Assembly: GCA_964016885.1 (NCBI GenBank)
Contig: OZ024744.1
Coordinates: forward strand, 5,084,001-5,148,000
DNA from: Eledone cirrhosa
Taxonomy: Eukaryota
Direction: 5' to 3'
Length of the DNA: 64,000 nucleotides
In this document: positions 24,601 through 37,500 of the stretch, one piece after another
How positions within the stretch are numbered: the first letter of the stretch is position 1
Layout: each line of letters opens with the position of its first letter
Made by a program: the position numbers and the translations under genes
Notes under the pieces: model-generated
Database searches by the model: none
Seen by the model: only the letters and a program-made list of their open reading frames with translations
What the model was told of the DNA's origin: nothing

Positions 24601-27600
24601 CAGTGGTGTTTGTAGCAGAGGTCTATGTTGGTAGACAGTGGTGTTGGAAGCAGAGGTCTATCTTAGTAGACAGTGGTGTTGGTACATAGGTCTATGTTGG
24701 TAGACAGTGAGGTTGGTAGCAGAGGTCTATATTGGTAGACAGTGAGGTTGGTAGCAGAGGTCTATCTTGGTAGACAGTGAGGTTGGTAGCAGAGCTCTAT
24801 CTTGGTAGAAAGTGGTGTTGGTAGCAGAGGTCTATGTTGGTAGACAGTGGTGTTGGTAGCAGAGGTTTATCTTGGTAGACAGTGGTGTTGGTAGCAGAGG
24901 TCTATGTTGGTAGACAGTGGTGTTGGTAGCAGAGGTATATCTTGGTAGGCAGTGGTGTTGGTAGCAGAGCTCTATCTTGGTAGACAGTGGTGTTGGTAGC
25001 AGAGGTCTTTCTTGGTAGACAGTGGTGTTGCTAGCAGAGGTCTATGTTGATAGAAAGTGAGGTTGGTAGCTGAGGTCTATGTTGGTAGACAGTGGTGTTG
25101 GTAGCAGAAGTCTATCTTGGTAGACAGTGAGGTTGGTAGCAGAGGTCTATCTTGGTAGACAGTGGTGTTGGTAGCAGAGGTCTATCTTGGTAGACAGTGG
25201 TGTTGGTAGCAGAGGTCTATCTTGGTAGACAGTGGTGTTGGTAGCAGAGGTCTATCTTGGTAGACAGTGGTGTTGGTAGCAGAGGTCTATCTTGGTAGAC
25301 AGTGGTGTTGCTAGCAGAGGTCTATCTTGGTAGACAGTGGTGTTGGTAGCAAAGGTCTATGTTGGTAGACAGTGAGGTTGGTAGCAGAGGTCTATCTTGG
25401 TAGACAGTGAGGGTGCTTGCAGAGGTCTATGTTGGTAGACAGTGGTGTTGGTAGCAGAGGTCTATCTTGGTAGACAGTGAGGTTGGTATCAGAGGTCTAT
25501 CTTGGTAGACAGTGAGGTTGGTAGCAGAGGTCTATGTTGGTAGACAGTGGTGTTGGTAGCATAGGTCTATCTTGGTAGACAGTGGTGTTGGTAGCAGAGG
25601 TCTATGCTTGTAGACAGTGGTGTTGGTAGTAGAGGTCTATCTTGCTAGACAGTGGTGTTGGTAGCAGATGTCTATCTTGGTAGACAGTGGTGTTGGTAGC
25701 AGAGGTCTATCTTGGTAGACAGTGGTGTTGGTAGCAGATATCTATCTTGGTAGACAGTGGTGTTGGTAGCAGAGGTCTATGTTGGTAGACAGTGGTGTTG
25801 GTAGCAGAGATCTATCTTGGTAGTCAGTGGTGTTGGTAGCAGAGGTCTATCTTGGTAGACAGTGGTGTTGGTAGCAGAGGTCTATCTTGGTAGACAGTGG
25901 TGTTGGTAGCAGAGGTCTATGTTGGTAGAAAGTGAGGTTGGTAGCAGAGGTCTATGTTGGTAGACAGTGGTGTTGGTAGCAGAGGTCTATCTTGGTAGAC
26001 AGTGGTGTTGGTAGAAGAGGTCTATGTTGGTAGACAGTGAGGTTGGTAGCAGAGGTCTATCTTGGCAGACAGTGAGGTTGGTAGCAGAGGTCTATGTTGG
26101 TAGACAGTGGTGTTGGTAGCAGAGGTCTATGTTGGTAGACAGTGGTGTTGCTAGCAGAGGTCTATCTTGGTAGACAGTGGTGTTGGTAGCAGAGGTCTAT
26201 CTTGGTAGACAGTGGTTTTGGTAGCAGAGGTCTATATTGGTAGACAGTGGTGTTGGTAGTAGAGGTCTATCTTGGTAGACAGTGGTGTTGGTAGCAGATG
26301 TCTATCTTGGTAGACAGTGGTGTTGGTAGCAGAGGTCTATCTTGGTAGACAGTGGTGTTGGTAGCAGAGGTCTATCTTGGTAGACAGTGGTGTTGGTAGC
26401 AGAGGTCTATCTTGGTAGACAGTGTTGTTGGTAGCAGAGGTCTATCTTGGTAGACAGTGGTGTTGGTAGCAGACATCTATCTTGGTAGACAGTGGTGTTG
26501 GTAGCAGATGTCTATCTTGGTAGACAGTGGTGTTGGTAGCAGAGGTCTATCTTGGTAGGCAGTGGTGTTGGTAGCAGAGGTCTATCTTGGTAGACAGTGG
26601 TGTTGGTAGGAGATGTCTATCTTGGTAGACAGTGGTGTTGGTAGCAGAGGTCTATCTTGGTAGACAGTGGTGTTGGTAGCAGATATCTATCTTGGTAGAC
26701 AGTGGTGTTCGTAGCAGAGGTCTATGTTGGTAGACAGTGGTGTTGGTAGCAGAGGTCTATCTTGGTAGTCAGTGGTGTTGGTAGCAGAGGTCTATCTTGG
26801 TAGACAGTGGTGTTGGTAGCAGAGGTCTATCTTGGTAGACAGTGGTGTTGGTAGCAGAGGTCTATGTTGGTAGAAAGTGAGGTTGGTAGCAGAGGTCTAT
26901 GTTGGTAGACAGTGGTGTTGGTAGCAGAGGTCTATCTTGGTAGACAGTGGTGTTGGTAGAAGAGGTCTATGTTGGTAGACAGTGAGGTTGGTAGCAGAGG
27001 TTTATCTTGGCAGACAGTGAGGTTGGTAGCAGAGGTCTATCTTGGTAGACAGTGGTGTTGGTAGCAGAGGTCTATGTTGGTAGACAGTGGTGTTGGTAGC
27101 AGAGGTCTATCTTAGTAGACAGTGGTGTTGGTAGCAGAGGTCTATCTTGGTAGACAGTGAAGTTGGTAGCAGAGGTCTATCTTGGTAGACAGTGAGGTTG
27201 GTAGCAGAGGTCTATCTTGGTAGACAGTGGTGTTGGTAGCAGAGGTCTATCTTGGTAGACAGTGAGGTTGGTAACAGAGGTCTATCTTGGTAGACAGTGG
27301 TGTTGTAGCAGAGGTCTATCTCGGTAGACAGTGAGGTTGGTAGCAGAGGTCTATGCTGGTAGACAGTGGTGTTGGTAGCAGAGGTCTATCTTGGTAGACA
27401 GTGGTGTTGGTAGCAGAGGTCTATCTTGGTAGACAGTGGTGTTGGTAGCAGAGGTCTATGTTGGTAGACAGTGAGGTTGCTAGCAGAGGTCTATCTTGGT
27501 AGACAGTGGTGTTGGTAGCAGAGGTCTATCTTGGTAGACAGTGAGGTTGGTATCAGAGGTCTATCTTGGTAGACAGTGGTGTTGGTAGCAGAGGTCTATG

Positions 27601-30600
27601 TTGGTAGACTGTGGTGTTGGTAGCAGAGGTCTATCTTGGTAGATAGTGAGGTTGGTAGTAGAGGTCTATGTTGGTAGACATTGGTGTTGGTAGCAGAGTT
27701 CTATCTTGGTTGACAGTGGTGTTGGTAATAGAGGTCTATCTTGGTAGACAGTGGTGTTGGTAGCAGATGTCTATCTTGGTAGACAGTGGTGTTGGTAGCA
27801 GAGGTCTATCTTGGTAGACAGTGGTGTTGGTAGCAGAAGTCGATCTTGGTAGACAGTGGTGTTGGTAGCAGAGGTCTATCTTGGTAGACAGTGGTGTTGG
27901 TAGCAGATGTCTATCTTGGTAGACAGTGGTGTTGGTAGCAGAGATCTATCTTGGTAGACAGTGGTGTTGGTAGCAGAGGTCGATCTTGGTAGACAGTGGT
28001 GTTGGTAGCAGAGGTCGATCTTGGTAGACAGTGGTGTTGGTAGCAGAGGTCTATCTTGGTAGACAGTGGTGTTGGTAGCAGAGGTCTATGTTGGTAGACA
28101 GTGGTGTTGGTAGCAGAGGTATATCTTGGTAGGCAGTGGTGTTGGTAGCAGAGCTCTATCTTGGTAGACAGTGGTGTTGGTAGCAGAGGTCTATCTTGGT
28201 AGACAGTGGTGTTGGTAGCAGAGGTCTTTCTTGGTAGACAGTGGTGTTGGTAGCAGAGGTCTATGTTGGTAGAAAGTGAGGTTGGTAGCAGAGGTCTATC
28301 TTGGTAGAAAGTGGTGTTGGTAGGAGAGGTCTATCTTGGTAGACAGTGGTGTTGGTAGCAGAGGTCTATCTTGGTAGACAGTGGTGTTGGTAGCAGAGGT
28401 CTATATTGGTAGACAGTGGTGTTGGTAGCAGATGTCTATCTTGGTAGACAGTGGTGTTGGTAGCAGAGGTCTATCTTGGTAGACAGTGGTAATGGTAGCA
28501 GAGGTCTATCTTGTTAGACAGTGTTGTTGGTAGCAGAGGTCTATCTTAGTAGACAGTGGTGTTGGTAGCAGAGGTCTATCCTGGTAGACAGTGGTGTTGG
28601 TAGCAGAGGTCTATCTTGGTAGACAGTAGTGTTGGTAGCAGAGGTCTATCTTGGTAGACAGTGGTGTTGGTAGCTGAGGTCTAACTTGGTAGACAGTGGT
28701 GTTGGTAGCAGAGGTCTACCTTGGTAGACAGTGGTGTCGGTAGCAGAGCTCTATCCTGGTAGACAGTGGTGTTGGTAGCAGAGGTCTATCTTGGTAGACA
28801 GTGAGGTTGGTAGCAGAGGTCTATGTTGGTAGACAGTGGTGTCGGTAGCAGAGCTCTATCTTGGTAGACAGTGGTGTTGGTAGCAGAAGTCTAACTTGGT
28901 AGACAGTGAGGTTGGGAGCAGAGGTCTATGTTGGTAGACAGTGGTGTTGGCAGCAGAGGTCTATGTTGGTAGACAGTGAGGTTGGTAGCAGAGGTCTATC
29001 TTGGTAGACAGTGAAGTTGGTAGCAGAGGTCTATCTTGGTAGACAGTGAGGGTGGTAGCAGAGGTCTATCTTGGTAGACAGTGGTGTTCGTAGCAGAGGT
29101 CTATCTTGGTAAACAGTGGTGTTGGTAGCAGAGGTCTATCTTGGTAGACAGTGGTGTTGGTAGGAGAGGTTTATCTTGGTAGACAGTGGTGTTGGTAGCA
29201 GAGGTCTATGTTGGTAGACAGTGGTGTTGGTAGCAGAGGTATATCTTGGTAGGCAGTGGTGTTGGTAGCAGAGCTCTATCTTGGTAGACAGTGGTGTTGG
29301 TAGCAGAGGTCTATCTTGGTAGACAGTGGTGTTGGTAGCAGAGGTCTTTCTTGGTAGACAGTGGTGTTGGTAGCAGAGGTCTATGTTAGTAGAAAGTGAG
29401 GTTGGTAGCAAAGGTCTATCTTGGTAGACAGTGAGGGTGGTAGCAGAGGTCTATCTTGGTAGACAGAGGTGTTGGTAGCAGAGGTCTATCTTGGTACACA
29501 GTGAGGTTGGTATCAGAGGTCTATCTTGGTAGACAGTGAGGTCGGTAGCAGAGGTCTATGTTGGTAGACAGTGGTGTTGGTAGCATAGGTCTATCTTGGT
29601 AGACAGTGGTGTTGGTAGCAGAGGTCTATGTTGGTAGACAGTGGTGTTGGTAGTAGAGGTCTATCTTGGTAGACAGTGGTGTTGGTAGCAGATGTCTATC
29701 TTGGTAGACAGTGGTGTTGGTAGCAGAGGTCTATCTTGGTAGACAGTGGTGTTGGTAGCAAATATCTATCTTGGTAGACAGTGGTGTTGGTAGCAGAGGT
29801 CTATGTTGGTAGACAGTGGTGTTGGTAGCAGAGGTCTATCTTGGTAGACAGTGGTGTTGGTAGCAGAGGTCTATCTTGGTAGACAGTGGTGTTGGTAGCA
29901 GAGGTCTATCTTGGTAGACAGTGGTGTTGGTAGCAGAGGTCTATCTTGGTAGACAGTGGTGTTGGTAGCAGAGGTCTATGTTGGTAGACAGTGAGGTTGG
30001 TAACAGAGGCCTATGTTGGTAGACAGTGGTGTTGGTAGCAGAGGTCTATCTTGGTAGACAGTGGTGTTGGTAGAAGAGGTCTATGTTGGTAGACAGTGAG
30101 GTTGGTAGCAGAGGTCTATCTTGGTAGACAGTGAGGTTGGTAGCAGAGGTCTATCTTGGTAGACAGTGGTGGTGGTAGCAGAGGTCTATCTTGGTAGACA
30201 GTGGTGTTGGTAGCCGAGGTCTATCTTGGTAGACAATCAGGGTGGTAGCAGAGGTCTATGTTGGTAGACAGTGGTGTTGGTAGCAGAGGTCTATGTTGGT
30301 AGACAGTGGTGTTGGTAGCAGAGGTCTATCTTGGTAGACAGTGGTGTTGGTAGCAGAGGTCTATCTTGGTAGACAGTGGTGTTGGTAGCCGAGGTCTATC
30401 TTGGTAGACAATCAGGGTGGTAGCAGACGTCTATGTTGGTAGACAGTGGTGTTGGTAGCAGAGGTCTATGTTGGTAGACAGTGGTGTTGGTAGCAGAGGT
30501 CTATCTTGGTAGACAGTGGTGTTGGTAGCAGAGGTCTATCTTGGTAGACAGTGCTTTTGGTAGCAGAGGTCTATATTGGTAGACAGTGGTGTTGGTAGTA

Positions 30601-33600
30601 GAGGTATATCTTGGTAGACAGTGGTGTTGGTAGCAGATGTCTATCTTGGTAGACAGTGGTGTTGGTAGCAGAGGTCTATCTTGGTAGACAGTGGTGGTGG
30701 TAGCAAGGTCTATCTTGGTAGACAGTGGTGTTGGTAGCAGAGGTCTATCTTGGTAGACAGTGGTGTTGGTAACAGAGGTCTATCTTGGTAGACAGTGGTG
30801 TTGGTAGCAGAGGTCTATCTTGGTAGACAGTGTTGTTGGAAGCAGAGGTCTATCTTGGTAGACAGTGGTGTTGGTAGCAGACATCTATCTTGGTAGACAG
30901 TGGTGTTGGTAACAGATGTCTATCTTGGTAGACAGTGGTGTTGGTAGCAGAGGTCTATCTTGGTAGACAGTGATGTTGGTAGCAGATGTCTATCTTGGTA
31001 GACAGTGGTGTTGGTAGCAGAGGTCTATGTTGGTAGACAGTGGTGTTGGTAGCAGAGGTCTATCTTGGTAGACAGTGATGTTGGTAACAGATGTCTATCT
31101 TGGTAGACAGTGGTGTTGGTAGCAGAGGTCTATCTTGGTAGACAGTGATGTTGGTAGCAGATGTCTATCTTGGTAGTCAGTGGTGTTGGTAGCAGAGGTC
31201 TATGTTGGTAGACAGTGGTGTTGGTAGCAGAGGTCTATCTTGGTAGGCAGTGGTGTTGGTAGAAGAGGTCTATCTTGGTAGACAGTGGTGTTGGTAGCAG
31301 AGGTCTATCTTGGTAGACAGTGGTGTTGGTAGCAGAGGTCTATCTTGGTAGACAGTGGTGTTGGAAGCAGAGGTCTATCTTGGTAGACAGTGGTGTTGGT
31401 AGCAGAGGTCTATCTTGGTTGACAGTGGTATTGGTAGCAGAGGTCTATCTTAGTAGACAGTGGTGTTGGTAACAGAGGTCTATCTTGGTAGACAGTGGTG
31501 TTGGTAGCAGAGGTATATCTTGGTAGACAGTGGTGTTGGTAGCAGAATCTATCTTGGTAGACAGTGGTGTTAGTCGCAGAGGTCTATCTTGGTAGACAGT
31601 GAGGTTGGTAGCAGAGGTCTATCTTGGTAGACAGTGGTGTTGGTAGCAGAGGTCTATCTTGGTAGACAGTGATGTTGGTAGAAGAGGTCTATGTTGGTAG
31701 AAAGTGAGGTTGGTAGCAGAGGTCTATCTTGGTAGACAGTGGTGTTGGTAGCAGAGGTTTATATTGGTAGACAGTGGTGTTGGTAGCAGAGGTTTATCTT
31801 GGTAGACATTGAGGTTGGTAGCAGAGGTCTATCTTGGTAGACAGTGGTGTTGGTAGCAGAGGTCTATGTTGGTAGACAGTGGTGTTGGTAGCAGAAGTCT
31901 ATCTTGGTAGACAGTGGTGTTGGTAGCAGAGGTCTATATTGGTAGACAGTGGTGTTGGTAGCAGAGGTCTATCTTGGTAGACAGTGAGGTTGGTAGCAGA
32001 GGTCTATCTTCGTAGACAGTGAGGTTGGTAGCAGAGGTCTATCTTGGTAGACAGTGGTGTTGGTAGCAGAGGTCTATGTTGGTAGACAGTGAGGTTGGTA
32101 GCAGAGGTCTATCTTGGTAGACAGTGAAGTTGGTAGCAGAGGTCTATCTTGGTAGACAGTGAGGGTGGTAGCAGAGGTCTATCTTGGTAGACAGTGGTGT
32201 TCGTAGCAGAGGTCTATCTTGGTAGACAGTGGTGTTGGTAGCAGAGGTCTATCTTGGTAGACAGTGAGGTTGGTAGCAGAGGTCTATCTTGGTAGACAGT
32301 GGTGTTGGTAGCAGAGGTCTATCTTGGTAGACAGTGGGGTGGGTAGCAGAGGTCTATCTTGGTAGACAGTGGTGTTGGTAGCAGAGGTCTATCTTGGTAG
32401 ACAGTGGTGTTGGTAGCAGAGGTCTATGTTGGTAGACAGTGGTGTTGGTAGCAGAGGTTAATCTTGGTAGACAGTGGTGTTGGTAGCAGAGGTCTATCTT
32501 GGTAGACAGTGGTGTTGGTAGCAGAGATCTATCTTGGTAGACAGTAGTGTTGGTAGCAGAGGTCTATGTTGGTAGACAGTGGTGTTTGTAGCAGAGGTCT
32601 ATGTTGGTAGACAGTGGTGTTGGAAGCAGAGGTCTATCTTAGTAGACAGTGGTGTTGGTACATAGGTCTATGTTGGTAGACAGTGAGGTTGGTAGCAGAG
32701 GTCTATATTGGTAGACAGTGAGGTTGGTAGCAGAGGTCTATCTTGGTAGACAGTGAGGTTGGTAGCAGAGCTCTATCTTGGTAGAAAGTGGTGTTGGTAG
32801 CAGAGGTCTATGTTGGTAGACAGTGGTGTTGGTAGCAGAGGTTTATCTTGGTAGACAGTGGTGTTGGTAGCAGAGGTCTATGTTGGTAGACAGTGGTGTT
32901 GGTAGCAGAGGTATATCTTGGTAGGCAGTGGTGTTGGTAGCAGAGCTCTATCTTGGTAGACAGTGGTGTTGGTAGCAGAGGTCTTTCTTGGTAGACAGTG
33001 GTGTTGCTAGCAGAGGTCTATGTTGATAGAAAGTGAGGTTGGTAGCTGCGGTCTATGTTGGTAGACAGTGGTGTTGGTAGCAGAAGTCTATCTTGGTAGA
33101 CAGTGAGGTTGGTAGCAGAGGTCTATCTTGGTAGACAGTGGTGTTGGTAGCAGAGGTCTATCTTGGTAGACAGTGGTGTTGGTAGCAGAGGTCTATCTTG
33201 GTAGACAGTGGTGTTGGTAGCAGAGGTCTATCTTGGTAGACAGTGGTGTTGGTAGCAGAGGTCTATCTTGGTAGACAGTGGTGTTGCTAGCAGAGGTCTA
33301 TCTTGGTAGACAGTGGTGTTGGTAGCAAAGGTCTATGTTGATAGACAGTGAGGTTGGTAGCAGAGGTCTATCTTGGTAGACAGTGAGGGTGCTTGCAGAG
33401 GTCTATGTTGGTAGACAGTGGTGTTGGTAGCAGAGGTCTATCTTGGTAGACAGTGAGGTTGGTATCAGAGGTCTATCTTGGTAGACAGTGAGGTTGGTAG
33501 CAGAGGTCTATGTTGGTAGACAGTGGTGTTGGTAGCATAGGTCTATCTTGGTAGACAGTGGTGTTGGTAGCAGAGGTCTATGCTGGTAGACAGTGGTGTT

Positions 33601-34550
33601 GGTAGTAGAGGTCTATCTTGCTAGACAGTGGTGTTGGTAGCAGATGTCTATCTTGGTAGACAGTGGTGTTGGTAGCAGAGGTCTATCTTGGTAGACAGTG
33701 GTGTTGGTAGCAGATATCTATCTTGGTAGACAGTGGTGTTGGTAGCAGAGGTCTATGTTGGTAGACAGTGGTGTTGGTAGCAGAGATCTATCTTGGTAGT
33801 CAGTGGTGTTGGTAGCAGAGGTCTATCTTGGTAGACAGTGGTGTTGGTAGCAGAGGTCTATCTTGGTAGACAGTGGTGTTGGTAGCAGAGGTCTATGTTG
33901 GTAGAAAGTGAGGTTGGTAGCAGAGGTCTATGTTGGTAGACAGTGGTGTTGGTAGCAGAGGTCTATCTTGGTAGACAGTGGTGTTGGTAGAAGAGGTCTA
34001 TGTTGGTAGACAGTGAGGTTGGTAGCAGAGGTCTATCTTGGCAGACAGTGAGGTTGGTAGCAGAGGTCTATGTTGGTAGACAGTGGTGTTGGTAGCAGAG
34101 GTCTATGTTGGTAGACAGTGGTGTTGCTAGCAGAGGTCTATCTTGGTAGACAGTGGTGTTGGTAGCAGAGGTCTATCTTGGTAGACAGTGGTTTTGGTAG
34201 CAGAGGTCTATATTGGTAGACAGTGGTGTTGGTAGTAGAGGTCTATCTTGGTAGACAGTGGTGTTGGTAGCAGATGTCTATCTTGGTAGACAGTGGTGTT
34301 GGTAGCAGAGGTCTATCTTGGTAGACAGTGGTGTTGGTAGCAGAGGTCTATCTTGGTAGACAGTGGTGTTGGTAGCAGAGGTCTATCTTGGTAGACAGTG
34401 TTGTTGGTAGCAGAGGTCTATCTTGGTAGACAGTGGTGTTGGTAGCAGACATCTATCTTGGTAGACAGTGGTGTTGGTAGCAGATGTCTATCTTGGTAGA
34501 CAGTGGTGTTGGTAGCAGAGGTCTATCTTGGTAGGCAGTGGTGTTGGTAG
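18640..34550. repeat. ~7.94-kb direct tandem duplication (copy 1 ~18640-26580, copy 2 ~26581-34550)
   Basis: GTTGGTAGGAGATG at 18661 and 26602 (offset 7941). The identical ORFs at 21195 and 29136 have the same offset. It becomes 7976 after one extra monomer near 30590 (GAGGGTGCTTGC at 25409/33385). Confidence 0.93.
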
Positions 34551-37500
34551 CAGAGGTCTATCTTGGTAGACAGTGGTGTTGGTAGCAGAGGTCTATGTTG
34601 GTAGACAGTGGTGTTGGTAACAGAGGTCTATCTTGGTAGACAGTGGTGTTGGAAGCAGAGGTCTATCTTGGTAGACAGTGGTGTTGGTAGCAGAGGTCTA
34701 TCTTGGTAGACAGTGTTATTGGTAGCAGAGGTCTATCTTGGTAGACAGTGGTGTTGGTAACAGAGGTCTATCTTGGTAGACAGTGGTGTTGGTAGCAGAA
34801 GTATATCTTGGTAGACAGTGATGTTAGTAGAATAGGTCTATGTTGGTAGAAAGTGAGGTTGGTAGCAGAGGTCTATCTTGGTAGACAGTGGTGTTGGTAG
34901 CAGAGGTTTATATTGGTAGACAGTGGTGTTGGTAGCAGAGGTCTATCTTGGTAGACATTGAGGTTGGTAGCAGAGGTCTATCTTGGTAGACAGTGGTGTT
35001 GGTAGCAGAGGTCTATGTTGGTAGACAGTGGTGTTGGTAGCAGAGGTCTATCTTGGTAGACAGTGGTGTTGGTAGCAGAGGTCTATATTGGTAGACAGTG
35101 GTGTTGGTAGCAGAGGTCTATCTTGGTAGACAGTGAGGTTGGTAGCAGAGGTCTATCTTGGTAGACAGTGAGGTTGGTAGCAGAGGTCTATCTTGGTAGA
35201 TAGTGGTGTTGGTAGCAGAGGTCTATGTTGGTAGACAGTGAGGTTGGTAGCAGAGGTCTATCTTGGTAGACAGTGAGGGTGGTAGTAGAGGTCTATCTTG
35301 GTAGACAGTGGTGTTGGTAGCAGAGGTCTATGTTGGTAGACAGTGGTGTTTTTAGCAGAGGTTAATCTTGGTAGACAGTGGTGTTGGTAGCAGAGGTCTA
35401 TCTTGGTAGACAGTGGTGTTGGTAGCAGAGGTTTATCTTGGTAGACAGTGGTGTTGGTAGCAGAGGTCTATCTTGGTAGACAGTGGTGTTGGTAGCAGAG
35501 GTCTATCTTGGTAGACAGTGGTGTTGGTAGCAGAGGTCTATGTTGGTAGACAGTGAGGTTGGTAGCAGAGGTCTATGTTGGTAGACAGTGGTGTTGGTAG
35601 CAGAGGTCTATCTTGGTAGACAGTGGTGTTGGTAGAAGAGGTCTATGTTGGTAGACAGTGAGGTTGGTAGCAGAGGTCTATCTTGGTAGACAGTGAGGTT
35701 GGTAGCAGAGGTCTATCTTGGTAGACAGTGGTGGTGGTAGCAGAGGTCTATCTTGGTAGACAGTGGTGTTGGTAGCCGAGGTCTATCTTGGTAGACAATC
35801 AGGGTGGTAGCAGAGGTCTATGTTGGTAGACAGTGGTGTTGGTAGCAGAGGTCTATGTTGGTAGACAGTGGTGTTGGTAGCAGAGGTCTATCTTGGTAGA
35901 CAGTGGTGTTGGTAGCAGAGGTCTATCTTGGTAGACAGTGGTGTTGGTAGCCGAGGTCTATCTTGGTAGACAATCAGGGTGGTAGCAGAGGTCTATGTTG
36001 GTAGACAGTGGTGTTGGTAGCAGAGGTCTATGTTGGTAGACAGTGGTGTTGGTAGCAGAGGTCTATCTTGGTAGACAGTGGTGTTGGTAGCAGAGGTCTA
36101 TCTTGGTAGACAGTGCTTTTGGTAGCAGAGGTCTATATTGGTAGACAGTGGTGTTGGTAGCAGAGCTCTACCTTGGTAGACAGTGGTGTTGGTAGCAGAG
36201 GTCTATCTTGGTAGACAGTGGTGGTGGTAGCAAGGTCTATCTTGGTAGACAGTGGTGTTGGTAGCAGAGGTCTATGTTGGTAGACAGTGGTGTTGGTAGC
36301 AGAGGTCTATCTTGGTAGACAGTGGTGTTGGTAGCAGAGGTTTATCTTGGTAGACAGTGGTGTTGGTAACAGAGGTCTATCTTGGTAGACAGTGGTGTTG
36401 GTAGCAGAGGTCTATCTTGGTAGACAGTGGTGTTGGTAGCAGATGTCTATCTTGGTAGACAGTGGTGTTGGTAGCAGAGGTCTATCTTGGTTGACAGTGG
36501 TGTTGGTAGCAGAGGTCTATCTTGGTAGACAGTGGTGTTGGTAGCAGAGGTCTATCTTGGTAGACAGTGGTGTTGGTAACAGAGCTCTATCTTGGTAGAC
36601 AGTGGTGTTGGTAGCAGAGGTCTATCTTGGTAGACAGTGGTGTTGGTAGCAGATGTCTATCTTGGTAGACAGTGGTGTTGGTAGCAGAGGTCTATCTTGG
36701 TTGACAGTGGTGTTGGTAGCAGAGGTCTATCTTGGTAGACAGTGGTGTTGGTAGCAGATGTCTATCTTGGTAGACAGTGGTGTTGGTAGCAGAGGTCTAT
36801 GTTGGTAGACAGTGGTGTTGGTAGCAGAATCTATCTTGGTAGACAGTGGTGTTGGTAGCAGAATCTATCTTGGTAGACAGTGGTGTTGGTCGCAGAGGTC
36901 TATCTTGGTAGACAGTGAGGTTGGTAGCAGAGGTCTATCTTGGTAGACAGTGGTGTTGGTAGCAGAGGTCTATCTTGGTAGACAGTGGTGTTGGTAGCAG
37001 AATCTATCTTGGTAGACAGTGGTGTTGGTCGCAGAGGTCTATCTTGGTAGACAGTGAGGTTGGTAGCAGAGGTCTATCTTGGTAGACAGTGGTGTTGGTA
37101 GCAGAGGTCTATCTTGGTAGACAGTGATGTTGGTAGAAGAGGTCTATGTTGGTAGAAAGTGAGGTTGGTAGCAGAGATCTATCTTGGTAGACAGTGGTGT
37201 TGGTAGCAGAGGTATATCTTGGTAGACAGTGGTGTTGGTAGCAGAGGTCTATATTGGTAGACAGTGGTGTTGGTAGCAGAGGTCTATGTTGGTAGAAAGT
37301 GAGGTTGGTAGCAGAGGTCTATCTTGGTAGACAGTGGTGTTGGTAGCAGAGGTCTATCTTGGTAGACAGTGGTGTTGGTAGAAGAGGTCTATGTTGGTAG
37401 ACAGTGGTGTTGGTAGCAGAGGTCTATCTTGGTAGACATTGAGGTTGGTAGCAGACATCTATCTTGGTAGACAGTGGTGTTGGTAGCAGAGGTTTATCTT

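Noticed and set aside
29136-29411. Second identical 91-aa ORF, suggesting a conserved gene family
   Set aside because: Identity is explained by the 7941-bp duplication, and the flanks are equally conserved.
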